From Promethearchaeia archaeon (GTDB taxonomy: Archaea > Asgardarchaeota > Lokiarchaeia > Sigyniarchaeales > SOKP01), in assembly GCA_029856125.1 (NCBI GenBank), contig JAHQWJ010000148.1, positions 8,588 through 72,587 of the forward strand: 64,000 nucleotides of DNA. The letters are read 5' to 3'. The notes beneath the pieces were generated by a model. That model was given only the letters and a program-made list of their open reading frames with translations, was not told the DNA's origin and made no database searches. This document shows, piece by piece, positions 46,170 through 56,050 of this stretch. The position numbers were made by a program, and so were the translations under genes. Positions within the stretch are counted from its first letter, which is position 1. Each line of letters opens with the position of its first letter.

Positions 46170-47198
46170 TTAATCTATCGACTCCCCTAAAGCTAATCGA
46201 CAGAGATCGCTAAGGATATAATTTTTTAACCCTTTTCGGCCAACTTTAGAGCCTAAGCTTTCCATACACATAGAACAATTGTAAACGCATGCTTCAGCAT
46301 CATGTTCTATCATATCATCTACGTTATCGCTTTGAGTTTTGCGCCCTAAAGCTTTTTTACCAAGAGTGGCAAATAATCCACCGCAGCATAAAGCGTTTTC
46401 TCGATCGTATTCCCTCTCTACCCTCTCAACACCTATTAATTCGCAAATTTTATCTACCCATTCGTCAACTTCAGGGAGAAAACGATTTGAGCAGGATCTT
46501 TGATAGGCTATTTTCATGCCTAGTTGTTTAACAGCAGATTTATGCTCTTTTAAATAGTTATAGAGATATTCGTAGATGTGAACAGGTTTAAAGCCAGGTG
46601 GAAGATCAATGTTATTTCTAGGACAAAAGGAAGCGTAAAATCCATAGCACTCGTCGTGAAAACATATCATTTCTTTAATACCTTGAGCTTTGATATTTGC
46701 CAATATCATTGGAGCCCTTTCTTTGATAATAGAGTCTCTTCCGTAATGATGATACATTAGGTTGCAAAAAAAGTCAAGGCCACTCACATATTGTAAATTT
46801 TCAAACAACTGCCCTTCCATATTTTTAGCATTTAATTTACCCAATCCACATTTATTTAACACTGGTTTATCAGAGTCAATTTCTTTTAATCTTACTTGAT
46901 CGTGGGGAGCAAATCTATTTACTGTACTCTCAATAATACCAGGGTTTATATTTAACGAATTGTATTTCTCGTGCAATTCTGTTATTAGATCGAAGGGATG
47001 AGATTCATAAGGACAATATTCCTCGCATGCAAAACAAGTAACACAGTCGGACAACACTCGAGATTCTTCCCCGTTGATCATTTTAGTTTTTTCTACTCGC
47101 GCTTCTTCAATATCGCTAAATTCCATCCATTGACAGCGAGTCAAACAATCTATATTTTCACATTTATCACAATTAGATTCGTCGAAAATTTTCTTCAC
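46170..47198 (-). CDS. HdrD-like (Fe-S) CCG-domain protein
   Basis: 342 aa with 'CVTCFACEEYCPY' and the C-terminal 'CCGG' block. Paralog of 47282-48316. Confidence 0.55.
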   Translation of the reverse strand: MKKIFDESNCDKCENIDCLTRCQWMEFSDIEEARVEKTKMINGEESRVLSDCVTCFACEEYCPYESHPFDLITELHEKYNSLNINPGIIESTVNRFAPHDQVRLKEIDSDKPVLNKCGLGKLNAKNMEGQLFENLQYVSGLDFFCNLMYHHYGRDSIIKERAPMILANIKAQGIKEMICFHDECYGFYASFCPRNNIDLPPGFKPVHIYEYLYNYLKEHKSAVKQLGMKIAYQRSCSNRFLPEVDEWVDKICELIGVERVEREYDRENALCCGGLFATLGKKALGRKTQSDNVDDMIEHDAEACVYNCSMCMESLGSKVGRKGLKNYILSDLCRLALGESID

Positions 47199-47281
47199 CC
47201 TTTTATAATTTAGTTTGATTTGTGTATATGTATTTCTCTACACTAATAATAATTATGATGAGATAAAAAAAATAGAAAAAA

Positions 47282-48316
47282 TTAGTATTCCAACTTTTCC
47301 CCTAACGCAAGTCGAGCCAAGTCGCTAATGAAATAGCACTTCATTCCTTTAGCTGTAACTTTCCTTTCTAACGTATCTTTACACATAGGACAATTGAATA
47401 TACAAACCTCAGCACCATGGTCTACCATATCCTGAACGTTGTCATTTTGAGTTTTACGAACGAGATTTTTATGACCCCTCATTGCAAAGGGTGCAGCGCA
47501 ACATAAACCATTTTCTCTATCGTATTTCCTAGCAACCCGTTCTACTCCGATAAGTTCGCATATGTTATCAAGGATTTTATCAGTTTCGGTTACATAACGA
47601 TTGGAACAGTTACGCTGATAAGCGGCTTTAAAGTTTAATTTTGTTATTTCAGATTCGTGATCCTTAAGATAATTATATACATATTCAAATATATGGACGG
47701 GTTTAAAAGGCACTTCAATGTTATTCCTTTGACAATATGAAGTATACAGTCCATAGCATTCGTCATGCCAACAGATGACCTCAGTATCCTTCTTAACACC
47801 AGTTTTTTTGAAGTTTTCAAGAATCAACGGAACTCTTTCCTTGATAATGGAAGGTGTGGCCGTGTGTTGATACATTAATTGACAAAAGAAATGTAAACCA
47901 CCAACTGATTGTAGATCATCAAACATTGGTCCTTTCATTTCTTTTGCATTCGTTTTAGGGAACGCGCACTTATCTAAAATTGGCTTTTCAGGATCAATCG
48001 GGCGTGGTACAAATTCTCCCTTTGCTTTAAACGTATCGATTGCATTTTGAGCAATTGCAGGTAAAATATTTTGAGAACTGTACTTTTCCTGAAGCTCATT
48101 GATTAAGTCAAAAGGATGCGAATTATATGTACAATACTCATCACAGGAAAAACATAGCATACACTCCTTCAAAATACGACAATCCTCATCCTCATTAATC
48201 AATTTAGCAACTTCTTTTCTAGCTGCGTCAATGCTCTCAAAAATGATCCATTGACACTTCATCATACAAGCAACTGTTTTACAATCTTTACAATGCGATT
48301 TATCAAACATATTCAT
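47282..48316 (-). CDS. HdrD-like (Fe-S) CCG-domain protein
   Basis: 344 aa, co-linear with 46170-47198 ('CMLCFSCDEYC', 'LCCAAPF', 'CPMC'). Confidence 0.55.
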   Translation of the reverse strand: MNMFDKSHCKDCKTVACMMKCQWIIFESIDAARKEVAKLINEDEDCRILKECMLCFSCDEYCTYNSHPFDLINELQEKYSSQNILPAIAQNAIDTFKAKGEFVPRPIDPEKPILDKCAFPKTNAKEMKGPMFDDLQSVGGLHFFCQLMYQHTATPSIIKERVPLILENFKKTGVKKDTEVICWHDECYGLYTSYCQRNNIEVPFKPVHIFEYVYNYLKDHESEITKLNFKAAYQRNCSNRYVTETDKILDNICELIGVERVARKYDRENGLCCAAPFAMRGHKNLVRKTQNDNVQDMVDHGAEVCIFNCPMCKDTLERKVTAKGMKCYFISDLARLALGEKLEY

Positions 48317-48409
48317 ACAGCTTTTTGTTATTTTGAATAATTATTATTTATATATTTTTTTATTAGTTTTAATCACGCTACAACCATTATTAATTTTATT
48401 TTCTGGAAT

Positions 48410-48925
48410 TTATTCTTCAATAGTAAATTCCCAAGCGCAATAATAGTTATCTGGATGTTGATCAGGGGGGCAACATATACACTTAGTTTTTATTCTTGGA
48501 TCTATGGTCTTAGCGAAATCTTCGTATTCTATAATTCCTACAGGTTTACAAGGGAAATCCGGAAGTTTTCTTCTTTTTCTAGCAGATTGCACCCGACAAT
48601 CATTCATCCGAAAAACACAACGATTTTCAGAAATCTCTACTGTTTCTTGTATGTTTATATTGGCGTAAACTCTATAATTTAGCGCCTTAACCAATGCTGA
48701 AATTCCTCCATTTTCTTGAATATTGAACCGTCTCATGATTCGTTTTGCTTCAACTATAGTAAATCTTTTCCACTGTGTAGCATCAAGTTCAATGGCTTTC
48801 TCCAATCCAAATTCTCTTTCAACGGCTTGGAACCAAGTTCCATCAATTGCGAGCCAATTCTTGCTTAAATCTTCAATATAGTCTATCAGTTCTTCTTTGG
48901 TTAATCCTTCTAAATCTTTTCTCAT
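48410..48925 (-). CDS. Hypothetical Cys-containing protein
   Basis: 171 aa with the C-terminal cluster 'C..........CICCPPD....YYCAWEF'. No family recognised with confidence. Confidence 0.4.
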   Translation of the reverse strand: MRKDLEGLTKEELIDYIEDLSKNWLAIDGTWFQAVEREFGLEKAIELDATQWKRFTIVEAKRIMRRFNIQENGGISALVKALNYRVYANINIQETVEISENRCVFRMNDCRVQSARKRRKLPDFPCKPVGIIEYEDFAKTIDPRIKTKCICCPPDQHPDNYYCAWEFTIEE

Positions 48926-48949
48926 TATTCCACCACATCATTTTAGTTT

Positions 48950-50662
48950 TTAGTTTTTTTCCTTCCACAATTTACGCAATAAATGTGCTGCCATTTTAGG
49001 TCTTCTATCTCGAGTAAACACACCTTTATAGTTTGTCGATCCCATTCGAGTAATTCCTTGAGATGTTTTAAAGTCACACATATTCCATACATGTTCTCCA
49101 ATTACATAAGGTTTACTCCGACAGACATCAATATATTTTTTTATGAATTCTGTTTGGTATTCTTCGCTAAACATTTCAGGCGGTTGAGAATGCCATCCAG
49201 GAATTGTGTCAGCTCCAAATTCACTAAGAATAATAGGTTTACGATGTTTTTCATATAAATTATCCATTTCTTTTGAAAGGAGTTCGCAAGCTTCATCTAT
49301 GTTTCCTGGTTGCAAATACCATCCATAATATCGATTGATACATAATACTTCGCAGAATTCAAAAGCTTTTTCTTTTACACCCATCATATTTACAACAGTT
49401 ACAGGCCTTGTGTTATCTAAATCTTTTGTCTTGTCGTATAATTTTCTAAAGAATTCCCCAGATTTCAAGCTATTATGGGGTTCGTTTGCTAAACTCCACA
49501 TTATAACGCTTGGATGGTTTTTATCTCTCTTTATTAATACTTCAATGAATTGATCGCATAATTCTTGTTGCCTCTCAATTACATCTTTTCTTAACGTAAG
49601 ACCTACCGCAGGAATTTCGTCAATGACTAAAAAACCAAGGCGATCTGCTAATTCCATCATTTGTTCTGAGTAAGGATAATGCGATGTTCGAAAGGAATTA
49701 GCTCCGATCCAATTCATCAAAGAGTAGTCTTTGATTATTACTGCTGGAACATACCCTCGCCCTGTAATTGGAAAATCCTCGTGACGCCCAAATCCTGTTA
49801 AATAAATGGGTTTACCATTTAATAACAACTTGTCTCCTTTCACTTCAATAGTCCGAATTCCTACTTTAAGCGAATAAGAATCGATTATAGTATCTGCTTT
49901 TACGATCTCAACTATTAGATCGTATAAATTAGGTGTTTCTGGATTCCAAAACTTCGCTTGTTTTACTTCTAAAGTCATTTTTTGAATATTAAGCTCAATT
50001 TTCGATGTATTAGTTATCTCTGAACCAAATCCTTTTAGAGATAGATTCACATAGGCATCATTTAAGCCAACAGTTTCTAAAGTAACATCTAATATTCCCG
50101 TAGTGTCTTTTATAGATGGTCTAACAGTTATGTCTCTTAATCCTTCGTTAGGAATAGCGTAAAGCAAGACTGGTCGATGAATTCCGCAAAAGGGATAAAA
50201 ATCAAAATTAGTTTGCGGATTGTTCATTGGACGCCCGCGAGGTGGCACATGATTATCTGATAACCTCCCATCCACTCTAACTACTAATAAATTATCTTCC
50301 GAGACTATCTTGTCAGATATCTCGTACTCAAAGGGTAGATGTCCTCCCTCGTGATGTCCTACCACCTCTCCATTTAACCTTACATCAGAGAGGTAATTAA
50401 CCGATCCAAACCTAATCATGATTTTCTTTTTATCCCATTCCCTTGGCATCATAAATTTCAGTTGATACCAGGCAGGTCCTAAAAAATCGCGGTCGTCAGC
50501 AAATTGATCGTTCCAACTGGCAGGTACAGCTATTGGACAGCCATTATTAAATCCCTTGGTCCAATTTTCTCCAACCCCTTTATCATCAGGATCAAAACGA
50601 AAATCCCAAAATCCAGATAGGTCTACAAAATGACGATTCTTATTTCTTTGCGGATAGAGCAT
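48950..50662 (-). CDS. Glycoside hydrolase family 2, beta-glucuronidase-like
   Basis: 570 aa. The N-terminus resembles E. coli UidA as I recall it ('L.G.W.F..D....G....W', 'AVPASWNDQFAD', 'WYQ'). Acid/base context 'WSLANEP' and nucleophile context 'ILSEFGADT'. Confidence 0.8.
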   Translation of the reverse strand: MLYPQRNKNRHFVDLSGFWDFRFDPDDKGVGENWTKGFNNGCPIAVPASWNDQFADDRDFLGPAWYQLKFMMPREWDKKKIMIRFGSVNYLSDVRLNGEVVGHHEGGHLPFEYEISDKIVSEDNLLVVRVDGRLSDNHVPPRGRPMNNPQTNFDFYPFCGIHRPVLLYAIPNEGLRDITVRPSIKDTTGILDVTLETVGLNDAYVNLSLKGFGSEITNTSKIELNIQKMTLEVKQAKFWNPETPNLYDLIVEIVKADTIIDSYSLKVGIRTIEVKGDKLLLNGKPIYLTGFGRHEDFPITGRGYVPAVIIKDYSLMNWIGANSFRTSHYPYSEQMMELADRLGFLVIDEIPAVGLTLRKDVIERQQELCDQFIEVLIKRDKNHPSVIMWSLANEPHNSLKSGEFFRKLYDKTKDLDNTRPVTVVNMMGVKEKAFEFCEVLCINRYYGWYLQPGNIDEACELLSKEMDNLYEKHRKPIILSEFGADTIPGWHSQPPEMFSEEYQTEFIKKYIDVCRSKPYVIGEHVWNMCDFKTSQGITRMGSTNYKGVFTRDRRPKMAAHLLRKLWKEKN

Positions 50663-50733
50663 TATAATTCCTCTTTATACGTTATAAATTACAAAAAACT
50701 TCTTGAAATATTAATATAATTGAATCCTCTCAA

Positions 50734-52023
50734 CTACAGTAAGGTCTGAACAAACATCGATATTTTGTCTTTAATAGCCTTTGCCGAGGTTATTCGGGCG
50801 TCTCCAACATCGAAATCAATGACCAACATAGGAATTCCTACTTCGTCCATGAGAGCTTCCCTTAACAGCTGGGGAACGCCTCCAAATTGCTTGCACGCAA
50901 TACTCTGTGTATAAATGAAGCAATCAGCGCTAAAATCTTTTGCCATTCTAATACAATCGTCTAAGAAGGGGTAATAAAACTCAGTTGATTGTTTTATCAT
51001 TGGCCAACCCATAGCTTTTCTGGCCATCTGATAAAATAGAGAATCTAAATCAGCTTTAATATCAACAGGATCTGATAAATTATAGTTAAAGATATCGAGT
51101 AAAACGCTCATCCCCATTTTACGATCCAACCATTCGCATAAAGAAATATCAAAGAAAGTAAGCATGTAAGGCCAGATTGATCTTATCTTTTCTTCGCCTC
51201 CATGATGTTCTTTGTTCTTGTATCTGGATTTTGCGATATCGAGTATCCTACGATAAAAAGAAATGTTTTCAGGAGTTCCAGAAATAATTATCGTTGCTGC
51301 CGCTGAAATTGGATTGAATATGTTTTCAATTGGGCTTGGAACAGCTTTTATTAAGTCAAACAATTCCATTCTTAATTTAGAAACTTCATTCTCTACTTCT
51401 AAAGCCTTTCTCATTTTATAAAAATCGGGTTCTTGACCGATTACTTCCCCCAGACTATGAAGACTTAGCTTTAATTGTTCACCGTAATATTTGTAACTTT
51501 TTTCATCGTGAAGAAAGGGCATATCAGCAATTATTAGAGGAATTTTTTTTTCAAATTGGAAAAAGGGATATGACGCACATGTGGAATCGCATGGCGCTGT
51601 TGGAGTGATAATTGCGTCAAAATGGTACAAGTTTTCTAAACTCATCCCCATTGCTCCTTTTTGTGCGGAACACGTATGAAAGGGATGACCCCAATTTCCA
51701 ATTACATCGTAATACTTTTCAACACCGTTCATTAATAGAGTTCCTAGAAAATAAGAAACTCCTTCAATGCATATAGGTACGCAATCAAAGCATTTAAGAT
51801 AATCAGCTTGAAATGCAAAGTGGTATCCAACGATGGGCACGCCTTCTCGAGCTTTTTCAATATCTCTCCTAACTACCGTTATCATTTCTTCCAAACCTAT
51901 ATTTAAAGAGGGAATTCCTGTTTCGGGAAGGATCTTTTCTACTAACTCGTAGGTCGTTTCCATCGCGTTTAATAACATTTGATAAGGGATAATCCTATTT
52001 TCATTCTTACTTGTAGTATTCAA
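50734..52023 (-). CDS. 2-hydroxyacyl-CoA dehydratase family subunit (larger)
   Basis: 429 aa, homolog of 7929-9248 ('IRSIWPYMLTFFD' versus 'IRIAWPYTHVFFD'). Confidence 0.65.
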   Translation of the reverse strand: MNTTSKNENRIIPYQMLLNAMETTYELVEKILPETGIPSLNIGLEEMITVVRRDIEKAREGVPIVGYHFAFQADYLKCFDCVPICIEGVSYFLGTLLMNGVEKYYDVIGNWGHPFHTCSAQKGAMGMSLENLYHFDAIITPTAPCDSTCASYPFFQFEKKIPLIIADMPFLHDEKSYKYYGEQLKLSLHSLGEVIGQEPDFYKMRKALEVENEVSKLRMELFDLIKAVPSPIENIFNPISAAATIIISGTPENISFYRRILDIAKSRYKNKEHHGGEEKIRSIWPYMLTFFDISLCEWLDRKMGMSVLLDIFNYNLSDPVDIKADLDSLFYQMARKAMGWPMIKQSTEFYYPFLDDCIRMAKDFSADCFIYTQSIACKQFGGVPQLLREALMDEVGIPMLVIDFDVGDARITSAKAIKDKISMFVQTLL

Positions 52024-52069
52024 AAATTCACATCTTTTTGTTTTATTTTTATTCTGAAATTTCTCTAAG

Positions 52070-53218
52070 CTAAATCATTTCTAAAAATGCTTCTATTCTT
52101 GTTTGAAGTCTAGTGGTATCTGCTTGGTAAAATTCGCGATCTAAATTTAATACTGGAATCTCTAAATCCTTTAACTCATGGACATATAACATGTTATCGC
52201 ACCCGTGTAGGTCGCAATTGTTTATTCTTTGTAAGATGACTCCATCAACCTTTGCTCTTTTAATTTCATTTTTTACAAAATCTAATCGTCGTTCGTGATC
52301 GTCCATCATTCTAGGGCAAGACATTCTGTAATACACTCGCTCGACTATGCTTCTTAGTGGATCGCGGTTGAAACCTAAATGAACATCGTCCAGGAAATTG
52401 CGAGTTCCAAAGCATAAAAAATCGCTAACAATTAAGGCTCCAGAATCTTCTATTAATCCAGTAAAATCAGTGCTGTCAACTTCACTTCCAACAAGCATGA
52501 TTCTTTTCGCGTTGGATTTAACACCTTCGCTTTCTTTTAAGGTGTTGATAATTCGTTCTAATTCCCGGTTAGCAGCTTCTTTGGGAATTGAATTGTTCGA
52601 CATTGATATCTGTAACGCTTCACTACCGGTAATTTTGGGAGCGTCAATAACTCTCATTTCGTGGATTTCCCGTAAAAGTTCACGATTCTTATTGTAGATG
52701 TTAATTGTTTCAAGTAAATCTTGATTAGTTATGGTTTCTAGATTAAATTTTTCTTCTAATTCAGTTTTTAATTCTTTTATCTCATCATAATACCATTCAA
52801 AGCCTTCATCCGTAATAACATGAGGGATAGAGTAGTAAAATTGAGAAGCTGGTTTGGGATAATCTTTTCTCCTAAATACTTTTAAATCGAAAAGTTCAAA
52901 CATTCGGCGAGAGTGATCGCAGGAATTACAAATCAAGAGACCATCCAAAAAATCATAGATACCTCTTAGAGCCATATCAAATGTTGCGCGAACAAAAGAG
53001 CATGTAAATCGTACCATATATACATCCGCCAGATTCGTTTCTGTATTCCCCGTTGCTCGTATTCGATATGGTAATAAATTCGCAGCATATAAGAGTTCAT
53101 CCGGGATATAAGTACAATAGTATCCTAAAACTTTCTTACCGTCTGCTAGCCATTCTGTTATGTAGGGATTAGATATTGAGTCTGAAATATGAAGAAATTG
53201 ATCGTTTTTTAAGCTCAC
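52070..53218 (-). CDS. 2-hydroxyacyl-CoA dehydratase family subunit (smaller)
   Basis: 382 aa, homolog of 6802-7923 ('GKKVLGYYCTYIPDELLYAANLLPYRI'). The GTG start overlaps the upstream stop (GTGA). Confidence 0.7.
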   Translation of the reverse strand: MSLKNDQFLHISDSISNPYITEWLADGKKVLGYYCTYIPDELLYAANLLPYRIRATGNTETNLADVYMVRFTCSFVRATFDMALRGIYDFLDGLLICNSCDHSRRMFELFDLKVFRRKDYPKPASQFYYSIPHVITDEGFEWYYDEIKELKTELEEKFNLETITNQDLLETINIYNKNRELLREIHEMRVIDAPKITGSEALQISMSNNSIPKEAANRELERIINTLKESEGVKSNAKRIMLVGSEVDSTDFTGLIEDSGALIVSDFLCFGTRNFLDDVHLGFNRDPLRSIVERVYYRMSCPRMMDDHERRLDFVKNEIKRAKVDGVILQRINNCDLHGCDNMLYVHELKDLEIPVLNLDREFYQADTTRLQTRIEAFLEMI

Positions 53219-53712
53219 GCAAATAAGCCTCCTTTGTAACTATAAACCTCGTGTTTTCCAATCATAAGACATCTTATTAGCTTAATGGCGGCTACATAGG
53301 ATCCTTTAATTTTTGCTTTACCGGGGATTATATACTTCATTAATTTTATTAAACTGAAAAGGTTGTTCTTAGAGCGAATCATGCTACTAATCACACCAAG
53401 GATTTTTTCTTCTTCGACAGTTATAATGAGCCTTGCTACTGGACTGTTAGCTTTTTCGGCACGACAGTCAAAATTTCCCCTTTCGGATGTAAGAATAAAT
53501 GTAATATATCCATCTAATTCGGCGAAATACATTTCTATTTCCTGGCCGTTATGTTTTCCTACTTTTTTAAATGGAGCGTCAAGCCCAAATAAATCTACTA
53601 ACATTTTTGCTAATCTTGCTATGGTTAATACTTTAGTTTCTCTTAATAAGTCGTCTGCTCTAGAATCAATGCTTGTCTTTTCTTGGTCTTCAATTTGACT
53701 AATAATAACCAC
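53215..53712 (-). CDS. Hypothetical protein, possibly SCP2-like
   Basis: 165 aa. 'YIIPGKAKIKGSYVAAIKLIRCL' fits the SCP2 C-terminal pattern. Confidence 0.35.
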   Translation of the reverse strand: MVIISQIEDQEKTSIDSRADDLLRETKVLTIARLAKMLVDLFGLDAPFKKVGKHNGQEIEMYFAELDGYITFILTSERGNFDCRAEKANSPVARLIITVEEEKILGVISSMIRSKNNLFSLIKLMKYIIPGKAKIKGSYVAAIKLIRCLMIGKHEVYSYKGGLFA

Positions 53713-54007
53713 TAAATTCTTATTTTTTTGAAGCCTTTGCCTAGAAATTATATTAGTTAGATTAGTTAATAAAGTTAAAGATTTTGTTTATAAAGTACGA
53801 GAATCATCCGACACGACTTTTTTTTTAAAAACTCCTTGTTTAAAGGGAGAAAAGTAGGCAAATCGCTTGATTTATCAAAGGAAAAGTTTAATAACATTTT
53901 CAATTTCAATAACTTGTATCTATTTTGTTCACAAATAGATTAAATTAAGACTATCAATAAAATAAAAAAATAAAAAATAAAACTAAATTGATTGGTTATA
54001 AGTTATT

Positions 54008-55927
54008 ATGGGGAAAACTTTAACTGAAAAAATAATAGAAGAGCACTTGGTTGATGGTAAATCAGAACGAGGAACGGATATTAGTATAAAAATTGACCAA
54101 ACTCTAACCCAAGATGCTACTGGTACAATGGCTTATTTACAATTCGAAGCGATAGGTATACCTCGAATACAGACAGAATTATCGGTTTCTTATGTAGATC
54201 ACAATACTTTACAAACTGATTTTAAGAATCCCGACGATCACAGATATTTACAAAGTATTGCTGCTAAATACGGACTTTATTTTTCTCGCCCAGGAAATGG
54301 AATTTGTCACCAACTTCATCTGGAACGCTTTGCACGCCCTGGAAAAACTTTATTAGGGAGCGATAGCCACACACCAACTGGTGGAGGCGTAGGCATGATT
54401 GCGGTTGGAGCTGGAGGACTTGACGTAGCAGCTGCGATTGCAGGAGAATCTTTCCATTTAAAAATGCCTAAGGTTGTAAACGTGCTTCTTACTGGAAAAC
54501 TACCTGATTTTGTGTCAGCAAAGGACGTGATTCTCGAAGTCTTAAAGAGAATTGGTGTTAAAGGGGCAGTTAATAAAGTGTTGGAATATACTGGCCCAGG
54601 AGTTAAGACTTTAAGCGTGCCTGAAAGAGGTACAATAACAAATATGGGAACTGAAACGGGAGCTACAACCTCAATATTTCCTTCCGACGAGATCACAAAA
54701 GAATTCTTGATTGCTCAAGAAAGAGGAGAACAATGGGTTCTTTTGGAGCCAGATGAAGGTGCTTTATACGACGAAACCATAGAAATAAATCTAAACGAGC
54801 TCGTTCCTCTTGTATCCTTACCTCATAGTCCAGGCAATGTAAAAACAGTAAAGGAAGTAGAAGGATTAAAAGTTGATCAAGTTTGTATTGGGAGTTGTAC
54901 GAACTCAACTTTAAGGGATCTTAAAGTTTCTGCCAACATTTTAAAAGGAAAAACTATAAGCGAGAATACAGTTTTAACTGTCTCACCTGGTTCTCGTCAA
55001 GTTGTTGATCACATGATAACATCTGGCGAGATGGCATATTTAATTGAAGCGGGAGCAAGAATTCTCGAAAACGCATGCGGCCCATGTATTGGTATGGGAC
55101 TGGCGCCAAAAACTGATGCCGTTACTTTAAGAACTTTTAATAGAAATTTTCTTGGAAGATCTGGAACTAAGAGCGCCCAAGCTTATCTTGTAAGCCCCGA
55201 AACTGCGGCTGTATCTGCAATTCATGGCAAGATTACGGATCCAAGATCTTTTGGAAAATTACCAGAAATAAAAATGCCAGAAAAATTTATGGTTAACGAT
55301 AACATGATTATTCCACCAAAAACAGGTATGGAATCTATTGAAATCGTTCGTGGTCCTAACATCAAACCTTTACCAGAATTCAACCCGTTACCAGATAAAT
55401 TAGAAGGAGAAGTTCTTCTTAAAGTTGAGGACGATATTACCACAGACCATATAATGCCCGCAGGCGCTAAAATATTGCCTTTAAGGTCAAATATTCCAGA
55501 GATAAGCAAGTTTGTGTTTAACCTTGTTGATCCAACCTTCCCTGACAGATCCTTAGAGAAGGGAGGAGGGTTTATCGTTGGAGGAGATAACTATGGTCAA
55601 GGTTCCAGTAGAGAACACGCAGCTATAGCACCAAAATATCTCGGACTTAAAGCAGTCATAGTGAAATCGTTTGCTCGAATCCATCTAGCTAACCTTGTAA
55701 ACTTTGGCATCGTGCCATTAACATTTGCAAATAAAGACGATTATGCTAAGGTCGAACAAGGAGATAAGTTTGAAATCGATCTAACCACGATAGAATCAGG
55801 AAATGTAGCACTAAAGAATCTCACTAAAGGTATTGAAATCAAACTGACTCATTCTTTAAGCGAGACAGAGATTAAAGTTCTAAAAGCGGGAGGAAAACTT
55901 CCGTTCATAAAACAAAAACACAGCTAA
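54008..55927 (+). CDS. Aconitate hydratase (aconitase-family, fused catalytic + swivel domains)
   Basis: 639 aa with 'IDQTLTQDATG', 'GSDSHT', 'IGSCTN', 'ACGPCIGMG' and a swivel domain containing 'GGDNYGQGSSREHAA'. Confidence 0.8.
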   Translation: MGKTLTEKIIEEHLVDGKSERGTDISIKIDQTLTQDATGTMAYLQFEAIGIPRIQTELSVSYVDHNTLQTDFKNPDDHRYLQSIAAKYGLYFSRPGNGICHQLHLERFARPGKTLLGSDSHTPTGGGVGMIAVGAGGLDVAAAIAGESFHLKMPKVVNVLLTGKLPDFVSAKDVILEVLKRIGVKGAVNKVLEYTGPGVKTLSVPERGTITNMGTETGATTSIFPSDEITKEFLIAQERGEQWVLLEPDEGALYDETIEINLNELVPLVSLPHSPGNVKTVKEVEGLKVDQVCIGSCTNSTLRDLKVSANILKGKTISENTVLTVSPGSRQVVDHMITSGEMAYLIEAGARILENACGPCIGMGLAPKTDAVTLRTFNRNFLGRSGTKSAQAYLVSPETAAVSAIHGKITDPRSFGKLPEIKMPEKFMVNDNMIIPPKTGMESIEIVRGPNIKPLPEFNPLPDKLEGEVLLKVEDDITTDHIMPAGAKILPLRSNIPEISKFVFNLVDPTFPDRSLEKGGGFIVGGDNYGQGSSREHAAIAPKYLGLKAVIVKSFARIHLANLVNFGIVPLTFANKDDYAKVEQGDKFEIDLTTIESGNVALKNLTKGIEIKLTHSLSETEIKVLKAGGKLPFIKQKHS

Positions 55928-56050
55928 TTTTTTATTTTTTTCATTTATTTTACTTATTCCCTGCTATTCATTTACAGACAATACTACGATCAAAAGGTTT
56001 TTAAAGATTTTTAGAAAATAATTAATTCAATTAAGTGTTATCGAGATTCA

